From contig JBHLPL010000072.1 of assembly GCA_048939465.1 (NCBI GenBank), positions 1 through 9,652 on the forward strand: 9,652 nt of DNA. The letters run 5' to 3'. Shown in pieces: positions 1 through 6,566 of the stretch. Each line of letters begins with the position of its first letter. Within the stretch, counting starts at the first letter, position 1. The position numbers and the translations under genes were made by a program. The notes under the pieces are model-generated. The model searched no databases. It was given only the letters and a program-made list of their open reading frames with translations, and was not told the origin of the DNA. This stretch comes from Promethearchaeota archaeon. GTDB lineage: Archaea; Asgardarchaeota; Odinarchaeia; Odinarchaeales; JBHLKK01.

Positions 1-323
1 CTCCCCATTCAGGAATAAGCTTCTGGACTGTAATCATACTAACGGTTTGTTGAATATATATTAGTTATGCATTAAATATCTATTGCGCTTTTTCATGAAC
101 ATTCTTGGTATCTGAATGACATACATCCTGTCTTCCCTCTTTCAAAAACATAAATACCAGATTAAACAGAACACGTTGTAAGTTTATTGACAGGATCCTA
201 CTGTGAGCACGCACTGACTCTCCGAAAAGGTTGACAACATAACCGACTGGGGTAACCCTATTCAACCGAGACCTTTGTTATGTGTCCCCGTACGGGACCA
301 CAAAAGAGCTGGATGAGGGATTT

Positions 324-971
324 ATGAAGAAAGGCACAGAAAAGGAGAAGAAAGGCAAAGGTTTGGACGAGAAATCCATCCGTAGCATGTTTCTCGATCT
401 ATCAACAATTCTTGTGGGAGTAGCCATAGGATTTAGCGTGGTCTTCGCAACAGATCTGGGAATAGGGGGAATAATTAACTTCCTCCTCGTGGGAATATTA
501 ATACTTTTCTTCTGGTGGGACTATCTCACTCATCGGCTGAAGTATATCCGCCCTGCTATGCCATTTCCGATAGTAGATGTTGTTATTTTGCTTGTTATCT
601 CGCTCTTTCCCTGCGTCATATACAGCATTACTTGGTTCCAGTGGCCTTCCTACACTATACTTATAGTTTTAGGATCACTTTTCATGGTCTGGAGCGTTTG
701 GTGGCACCATACCCTTAAGGAATTCTCAAAGGAAATCGTGGAACGCGGGGAAGAGAGAGAGTCCAGGTTTCAAAGACAGCTTTCCACCGAGGTTGCCATC
801 ATCTACTTTGTCGGAACGATCATAAGCGCCCTTTATCCCCTGCGCGTTTCAAGCAGCTTCATCATGTCGATTTTTGACATTCTGTCTATTTCATTGTCTC
901 TCATTTGGGTAGGAATAAGAAATAAGATCTTCTCCCGTCATGATGAATTATCTATTCCAGAAGATGAGTGA
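324..971 (+). CDS. Polytopic membrane protein (about 6 TM helices), possibly a divergent TMEM175/DUF1211-like channel
   Basis: The ORF is open from GTG 282. ATG 324 is preferred because GATGAGGGA lies just upstream. A Lys/Glu-rich N-terminus is followed by six hydrophobic segments. RSMFLD at the start of TM1 and FFWWDYLTHRLKYI...LLVISLFP resemble the TMEM175 RxxxFSD and W..H...YI...L..ISLLP patterns. The family assignment is by eye only. Confidence 0.75.
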   Translation: MKKGTEKEKKGKGLDEKSIRSMFLDLSTILVGVAIGFSVVFATDLGIGGIINFLLVGILILFFWWDYLTHRLKYIRPAMPFPIVDVVILLVISLFPCVIYSITWFQWPSYTILIVLGSLFMVWSVWWHHTLKEFSKEIVERGEERESRFQRQLSTEVAIIYFVGTIISALYPLRVSSSFIMSIFDILSISLSLIWVGIRNKIFSRHDELSIPEDE

Positions 972-1218
972 GGTATTACTCCCCATTCAGCAACGGGAAA
1001 AGGTCAAGGCAAGAACCAGCTGCAGCACACACCAACGTGTTTTTGATTACTATTCGCTGGTTGGAATTGGTTTAAGTCCCTATCTCATTTTCTGTTCTTC
1101 TGATAATTGCGTTCGAGCGATCTTCGATTCCGAGGGGACCAAAAATGAAGAGGAAAAATAGGGGAGGAGAAAGGAAGTGTTCTTTTGCTGTTTTATTTAT
1201 GATTTTAATAGTTTTCTG

Positions 1219-1355
1219 GTGAACTACTCCATCCTTTTGGACGAAGCTTCCTGCTTCATCCGTTCCCCAACGGGACACGTCTTACAGGCTCTACGGGCAG
1301 TTCCTGCCCTGAAACCTTATTCTCGCGAACTGGTGAGTGTTACCTCAACTCAATT
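1219..1355 (-). ncRNA. Putative TnpB reRNA (omegaRNA) scaffold; the guide would continue into the flank at about 1218-1199
   Basis: Perfect hairpin GGGCAG-GAA-CTGCCC (1309-1295) and hairpin CCGTT-GGGG-AACGG. The segment GATGAAGCAGGAAGC leads into the right-end hairpin, and its TGAA (1258-1255) can pair with the terminal TTCA as a pseudoknot. One frame reads GQELPVEPV, which resembles tnpB C-terminal tails as recalled. The 5' end is estimated from the TATA box. Confidence 0.55.
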
Positions 1356-1379
1356 CTACATGTTTGTCGTGAGAGCGAG

Positions 1380-1387
1380 TATTTAAA
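1380..1387 (-). promoter_or_regulatory. TATA box (TTTAAATA) inside the IS left end
   Basis: Archaeal TATA consensus about 15 nt 3' of the left-end hairpin. TTAAAT is kept at the same offset in the second left-end copy (6213-6208). Confidence 0.5.
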
Positions 1388-1737
1388 CTCCTCGCAATTC
1401 ATCTCCACCCTTTCCGATGGAGTCTTCTTGCGGAGAGGAAGGTAAAGTTATTCCAAGAAGAATCATGAAACATATCGAGAATAGGCGATCGTTCCATCCC
1501 TCTTGTTTTAAGCATTTTCATGTTCAGCTAGTAATCACGGGAGAACTGAACCTTACCTAGGTCGGTTCGGCTATTTTGAAAATTGGGCGAATACTATTTT
1601 GAGAGGTCTCTTTTTCTTCCTTCTGCTCAAGGAAGAATTTAGGAAAAAAGCCTTATTTACAAGAAACAAGATAATAGGCGAGGCACTGTAGGCAAAATCT
1701 TTGTGGACGGGAGAGTTCTTGATAGAGGAGGAGGAAT

Positions 1738-3249
1738 TTGTTGGAGTATACACACAATGCTGGATCGACTGCGCGTCCTCCATTCGAGAAGAGCTGGGAG
1801 TTTGAAGCTGGCGGAAGTATTGAACCCTCATGGATGGGGTTATTTCTAGCGCACGGCATGGTCCTCTTTGGAAGAAAAGATAATTGCATTTCCGCACTTG
1901 AAGTAGTCTCTGGGAAAGAGAGATGGAAGTTCAAAATGGGGAGAAAAATCAAATTTCCTCTTGTAGTATCAGACGGTCTCATTTATGCTGCAAGCGATGA
2001 CAAGAACGTTTATGCTATTGAAGCCAACACGGGTGAAAAGCGATGGCAGTTTTCCACAGGCAAGGATGTTGCACACCGTCCTGTTATGGCTAACGGACTT
2101 GTCTATGTTGTAACTAAGGACAAGAGACTACATGCCCTAGATTCTCAAACAGGGCAAGCACGCTGGCAGTTCTCCACCGGTAAGGACATATCACCTCCTG
2201 GAGTTGGAGAGGGACTGTTATGTTTTGGGAGTGAAGATCAGAGAGTCTATGCGCTTGATGCTAAGAGCGGTGCAAAGAAATGGGACTCAAAAACAGGACA
2301 TAAGAGGCATTCCCTCCCGGTGTTTGTGAAAGACAAGATGTTGATCTCGGGAGATAAGGATCTTTATGCCTTCAGTACCAATAGCGGGGCGACATTATGG
2401 GTGGCCAAAAACACTTCTCACGGAGCGGGACGGACGCCGATCACTGCCGATGGGTTTGCCATATGCCATAGGGATTTTACCGTTCTAAGTCTCGCTGACG
2501 GGACCGTGTTGGAAAAACTTGCACCTGGAGAGACGGCGCGTGAAATCGCTGTACGTGATGGAATCATCTATATCAGCTCGTTGGGCGTACTGTATGCCGG
2601 TAACTTAGCAACAAGAGAAGCGATATGGTATGCACCTATTGATCCTGGATCTGTTCTTGGCATGTATTTTGCTCTGAATAAAGACTTTGCATTTGTCGTA
2701 TCTGATACTGGATTTGGTCTGCTTTCTGTCATCAGCATCACGAGACCGATGAAAAGGTGGGAGTTTGATAATTTATCTAAGGCCGTGTTTGATCATGTTT
2801 CCCCTCCCATAGTAACAGGCGATATGATCATCGTAAGTCGCGGGAAGAAGGTTATCGCCTTCAAAAGCGTAAAAGATCCATCCTCTCAACTCCTCCTTGA
2901 AATAGGTGATGAGATTGCTTCATCTCCAAAATATGCTGCAACAGTACTGTTTCCTGGAAAACCGGCGTTGCTTCGTCAAGAGAGAAAAACCGCTTGGCCG
3001 GAGTATTGCTGTCTGTGCTATGGTCCTGTGGAGAAACGTATGAAGCTTAGTGAGAGTCAAGGCAGGAAAGAATTGTTCGTAGAAGGGGTACCCTACTGTA
3101 AGAACTGTTTTGAAAAGATAAAGAAAGGAACTTTCAGAAAAGCGCAGGAAAAGCCTGGAGTTGAAATAACTAGGGTCTCTCCGCCTACGCTCACCTTCAG
3201 GAACGAAAAGTACTGGGCTAAGTTCATGGAAGTCAATGGTTTAAGATAG
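1738..3249 (+). CDS. PQQ-binding-like (BamB-type) beta-propeller repeat protein with a C-terminal Cys4 putative Zn-binding domain
   Basis: 503-aa ORF with a TTG start after GGAGGAGG (1727-1734) and an in-frame stop just upstream. It has 40-aa repeats of the type (V/L)(Y/H)A(L/I)(D/E)xxTGxxxW(K/Q)FxTG. The C-terminus has WPEYCCLC...VPYCKNC. No signal peptide is evident. Confidence 0.9.
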   Translation: MLEYTHNAGSTARPPFEKSWEFEAGGSIEPSWMGLFLAHGMVLFGRKDNCISALEVVSGKERWKFKMGRKIKFPLVVSDGLIYAASDDKNVYAIEANTGEKRWQFSTGKDVAHRPVMANGLVYVVTKDKRLHALDSQTGQARWQFSTGKDISPPGVGEGLLCFGSEDQRVYALDAKSGAKKWDSKTGHKRHSLPVFVKDKMLISGDKDLYAFSTNSGATLWVAKNTSHGAGRTPITADGFAICHRDFTVLSLADGTVLEKLAPGETAREIAVRDGIIYISSLGVLYAGNLATREAIWYAPIDPGSVLGMYFALNKDFAFVVSDTGFGLLSVISITRPMKRWEFDNLSKAVFDHVSPPIVTGDMIIVSRGKKVIAFKSVKDPSSQLLLEIGDEIASSPKYAATVLFPGKPALLRQERKTAWPEYCCLCYGPVEKRMKLSESQGRKELFVEGVPYCKNCFEKIKKGTFRKAQEKPGVEITRVSPPTLTFRNEKYWAKFMEVNGLR

Positions 3250-3309
3250 CATAATTTTCAGTGATCAAAGTCCAAGTTGAGATGTCAATGAGGTTCCTTT
3301 CGAGATAAA

Positions 3310-3317
3310 CTTATAAT
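3310..3317 (+). promoter_or_regulatory. TATA box with a purine-rich BRE-like segment, probably driving a leaderless or short-leader mRNA for the HD gene
   Basis: GAGATAAA-CTTATAAT lies about 20-30 nt before ATG 3335/3341, and no Shine-Dalgarno is apparent. Confidence 0.5.
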
Positions 3318-3334
3318 TCCTCGCTTAGAATCTG

Positions 3335-4027
3335 ATGCCCATGGAGGAAAAATACTCAAGATTAAAGCAAATTGTTGAAAAGGAGCTAATGGAAGCTAGT
3401 CCTGCTCACGATATGAATCACGTTATGAGAGTTTACTATTTGTGCATACACTTAGCAAAATACGAGTCCAACCTCGATCTAGATGTTTTAAAAACAGCAG
3501 CCTTGCTCCACGATATTGCAAGGGTTAAAGAAAGCCAAGAAGTCGATCACGCGGTTCTTGGTGCCGCGATGAGTGAGAAGATCTTGAAGGGACTAGGGTA
3601 CCCGGAGGAAAAGATAGAACGTGTCAAGCACTGTGTTGCTGCTCATAGATTTAGGGGTGAAATTAGACCGAAAACAATAGAGGCAAAAATACTGTTCGAT
3701 GCTGATAAATTGGATGTTCTCGGTGCTATCGGAGTCGCTAGAGCCTTCATAATAGCGGGGGAGGCTGGCGAGAAGATTTACTCAGATCTTCCCGTAGATC
3801 AATATGTCAGAGTGAATCTTGTTGGCGGAAACCCCAACGGAAGAATAAAAGATCTGTCAAAACACGCTCCGAACCTTGAATTTGAAACGAAATTTAAGCA
3901 TATTCCTGATATATTACATACTCAAAAAGCAAAAGAAATTGGCAGACAAAGATTGGAATATATGAAGCGGTTTTTTGAAACGTTGAGAAGAGAAATCCAC
4001 GGGGCAGAGAAATACTCCAGTAACTAG
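3335..4027 (+). CDS. HD-domain metal-dependent phosphohydrolase (COG1418-like)
   Basis: Motifs AHDMNHVMRV, ALLHDIAR, DHAVLGA, VAAHRF and LFDADKLDVLGAIGVARAF. The true start may be ATG 3341. Confidence 0.93.
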   Translation: MPMEEKYSRLKQIVEKELMEASPAHDMNHVMRVYYLCIHLAKYESNLDLDVLKTAALLHDIARVKESQEVDHAVLGAAMSEKILKGLGYPEEKIERVKHCVAAHRFRGEIRPKTIEAKILFDADKLDVLGAIGVARAFIIAGEAGEKIYSDLPVDQYVRVNLVGGNPNGRIKDLSKHAPNLEFETKFKHIPDILHTQKAKEIGRQRLEYMKRFFETLRREIHGAEKYSSN

Positions 4028-4109
4028 ATGAGGCTCGCCCTTCAGTCTTTGGGCTCAGATAGATAGAGGCTAGTGACTACGCTACGGACGTAATCATCGC
4101 ACTGGGAAA

Positions 4110-4175
4110 AGGCAAAAGATTTGTAGAGAAAAAGCAAATATCCTCTTTTCTTCTTCTTTTTCTTTTAAGAAGAAA
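4110..4175. terminator. Bidirectional archaeal oligo-T termination zone between the convergent HD and RACo genes
   Basis: The + strand has TCCTCTTTTCTTCTTCTTTTTCTTTT (4141-4166). The - strand has TTTGCTTTTTTCTCT...CTTTTGCCTTTT (about 4138-4108). Confidence 0.5.
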
Positions 4176-4190
4176 AGCGTTATGATCTGA

Positions 4191-6107
4191 CTAGCCTAAT
4201 CGCATTATTGGAGGCATTCTCTCAGGATAGTGACCCGTTTCCTTGAGAAGTCTGCTTGTCCTCGGGTATTTGGATAAATCTGCGTATGGGATGAAATGCG
4301 AGTTCATAAGTTCGTTTTGAAAATTAGGATCGTTCCCAAGTTCCACATACCTTGTCTCTTTTGATATCTTCTCAGCAGTTCTTCTTACTACTCTGGAGGC
4401 CAGTGCCATTCTTGCTCCTGTTCCTGCAGCATTTCCAACAATCTTCACCTTCTTTAGTGAAATCTCAGGGTACATGCCAATTATCCTCGCGTTTTCTGGG
4501 TCTATATATGACCCGAAGGCTCCTGCAACAAAAACAATATCTATATCATCCTCTGTCACATTTGCCTCTTTCATCAACGTTGTTGCTCCCGTGTGCATCG
4601 CTGCTTTGGCTAGTTGGATCTCTCTTATGTCTTTCTGCGTTATGACGATATCTCCTCCAGTCGACGTCTCCCCTTTCCGAGCTATAACAAACTCTGGGAC
4701 TCCTTCTTTTTTCCGCAGCCTTGGAGAATCTAGATCCTTACTTAGAGTTCCGTTGATGTCCATTATTCCTGTTTTCAGCATTTCAGCGGGTACGTCTACA
4801 ATGGCTGAACCGCAGATGCCTCGGGGTTCAACATTATCTACAGTTTTATACTTAACCTCCAGAGTTTCCGGATCAATTGATACCTTCTCAATGGCACCTG
4901 AGGCTGCTCTCATTCCATGCGTAACATGGGCTCCCTCGAATGCAGGTCCCGAAGCGCATGAACAGGCCAACATCCATTCTTTATTTCCTAAGACAACCTC
5001 GGTATTAGTTCCAATATCCAGTGCTAGGCAAAGTTCATCTCTCTTGTAGATTTCGGTAGCCAATATCGCAGCGACAGTGTCGGCTCCGACAAATCCAGCG
5101 ATGACAGGTAAAGCGTAAATATTGGCACTCGGGTTAATGTTTACTCCAATCTTACCGGCCCTAACGTCAATGCCTTCCCTTATCACAGGAGTATAGGGTG
5201 AGAGAGCCAAGTACTTTGGATTAATATTCAAGAATAAGTGGTGCATAACAGTATTACCGACGACTGTCATCTCATACACTTCTCTCAGGTTCACATCAAC
5301 CTTATTACACAAATCATTAAGGATCTCATTTATTCCTCCCACAACTACGTTTTGAAGCTCTTTACGATCTTCGTAAGCAATTCTAGTAATCACATCCTCC
5401 CCGTAGGGTATCTGAGGATTCATCAAAGAGTCTACTGCCTCGACTTTGCCTGTATTCAGGTTTATGAGGTAGCCTGCCAACTTTGTTGTACCGATATCGA
5501 CAGCGTATCCAAAGCATCTTTCTGTGGTATCACCAGGCTCGATGCCAATGATCTTCTTACCATTCCAGACTGTTACAGTTATTTCCCAACTCGCGTCCCT
5601 CAGAACCAAGGCCAGGTCCTTAACAACATCATACTCTATCATTAGTTCCTTAATGCCATGCTGTTCACGAAGCTCCTTCATCAGCCTATCGAGGTCAGAT
5701 CTGGGATCTTTAAGGGTGGGTTTTGATAACTTGACGTAGTACTTGCTGATTAGGGGCTTGAGCTCAACAGATGTCATAATTCCCTCCACTTGTAGTCTCT
5801 GCTTACCTGTTCTGCTTTCTTCTGGAATTTTGACAATCAAAGAATCCTGAATTAGAGTTCTACAGGCGAGTCTATAGCCTTTTGAGAGCTCCTCCGGGGT
5901 CAGAATTTCCTTTTCCACCACGCTTACAGGACTGGCCTGCTTTGGGTTTTCTATGATAACTTTGCACTTTCCACATTTACCCTTTCCACCGCACACAGAA
6001 GTCAGGTCCACTCCGGCAAGCTTTGCCAAGTCTAAGACATCTGATCCAGCCTCAGTCTCTACACGCTTTCCTTCGGGTTGGAAAATGACTTCTTTTGTTG
6101 ACTTCAT
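4191..6107 (-). CDS. RACo-type ATP-dependent reductive activator of corrinoid proteins (N-terminal [2Fe-2S] ferredoxin plus ASKHA/DUF4445 ATPase)
   Basis: N-terminal CGGKGKCGKC...RLAC 2Fe-2S motif. ASKHA motifs AVDIGTT, LDIGTNTEV, ASGPAFEG, GICGS, VAGAFGSY and GNAAGTGA. It lacks the C-terminal 2x[4Fe-4S] domain of RamA, so the architecture is RACo/AcsV-like. Confidence 0.95.
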   Translation of the reverse strand: MKSTKEVIFQPEGKRVETEAGSDVLDLAKLAGVDLTSVCGGKGKCGKCKVIIENPKQASPVSVVEKEILTPEELSKGYRLACRTLIQDSLIVKIPEESRTGKQRLQVEGIMTSVELKPLISKYYVKLSKPTLKDPRSDLDRLMKELREQHGIKELMIEYDVVKDLALVLRDASWEITVTVWNGKKIIGIEPGDTTERCFGYAVDIGTTKLAGYLINLNTGKVEAVDSLMNPQIPYGEDVITRIAYEDRKELQNVVVGGINEILNDLCNKVDVNLREVYEMTVVGNTVMHHLFLNINPKYLALSPYTPVIREGIDVRAGKIGVNINPSANIYALPVIAGFVGADTVAAILATEIYKRDELCLALDIGTNTEVVLGNKEWMLACSCASGPAFEGAHVTHGMRAASGAIEKVSIDPETLEVKYKTVDNVEPRGICGSAIVDVPAEMLKTGIMDINGTLSKDLDSPRLRKKEGVPEFVIARKGETSTGGDIVITQKDIREIQLAKAAMHTGATTLMKEANVTEDDIDIVFVAGAFGSYIDPENARIIGMYPEISLKKVKIVGNAAGTGARMALASRVVRRTAEKISKETRYVELGNDPNFQNELMNSHFIPYADLSKYPRTSRLLKETGHYPERMPPIMRLG

Positions 6108-6207
6108 GATTCTTCCTCATCTTTCGCTCTGATGAGTCTTAGAATTACGGACATTCTTAGAATTTCTGACGGTTAAGGGTGACCCAAAACTTAATTACCA
6201 AAAAACC

Positions 6208-6268
6208 ATTTAAGCGTACCGCAATTCGTATCCACCTTTCCGGATGGAGTCTCCCTGTGGAGAAGAAG
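6208..6268 (-). mobile_element. Orphan, diverged IS200/IS605 left-end remnant
   Basis: 6208-6273 aligns without gaps to 1381-1446 at 51/66 nt. It shows target TTTAT (6273-6269) and a TCCATC/GGTGGA hairpin at the same offset, and similarity stops just beyond the target motif. No right end was found downstream. Confidence 0.65.
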
Positions 6269-6566
6269 ATAAATTGAACAGGAAAACCGTCTCGTTTCTA
6301 TCCGCGTGGGTTGTTGCCGCTTGGACTTCCACCCAGTGTCCAGATGCTTCATCCCTTCCATCAAACTCTTATCAATCTCTTCCAGTTTCTCTTTCCATGT
6401 TTATCTGGTTCGACCAAGTATGTTTCATGGACTTGACGGTAATCCCTCACCTTCTTTGTAGCTATTTATTCTAAAATCTCGTTCAATATATAAGCATATG
6501 TCTAAAATATCTCTAGCAGTCTTGGCCTGCCATGTTTTGCGGATTGAATGGGGACTGCAGACCTGA

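Larger units (their letters stand above)
1219..1441 (-). mobile_element. Non-autonomous (gene-less) IS200/IS605-family element, 223 bp
   Basis: On the minus strand: target TTTAC (1446-1442), 19 nt, then the left-end hairpin CTCCATC-GGAAAG-GGTGGAG (1422-1403) inside a CGCAA...TTGCG outer stem. The right end reads GAAG, hairpin CTTCGTCC-AAAA-GGATGGAG (1246-1227), then TAGTTCAC (ends 1219). The two hairpins resemble each other, and the layout matches IS608/ISDra2-type ends. There is no tnpA/tnpB ORF inside. Confidence 0.8.

Noticed and set aside
80-265. 61-aa minus-strand ORF
   Set aside because: TTG start with no recognisable motif or ribosome-binding site, so it cannot be supported as a gene.
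1145-1222. 25-aa ORF MKRKNRGGERKCSFAVLFMILIVFW resembling a signal peptide
   Set aside because: Removing the IS at the inferred boundaries still gives a stop straight after Trp, so no interrupted larger gene can be rebuilt.
940-1386. Short ORFs 940-1161, 1072-1278 and 1177-1386
   Set aside because: They overlap the IS right end or intergenic DNA and show no protein-like motifs. The non-coding element explains the region better.
1417-1560. ORFs beginning MESxCGEExK at 1417 and 6244
   Set aside because: The shared start is only the reverse complement of the conserved IS left end, and the sequences diverge completely beyond the target site.
4028-4090. GCCCTTCAG...GGGC and minus-strand GTAGTCAC as a possible right end for the 6268 left end (which would make RACo cargo)
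   Set aside because: There is no proper GAAG-hairpin-TTCAC arrangement and the resemblance is too short.
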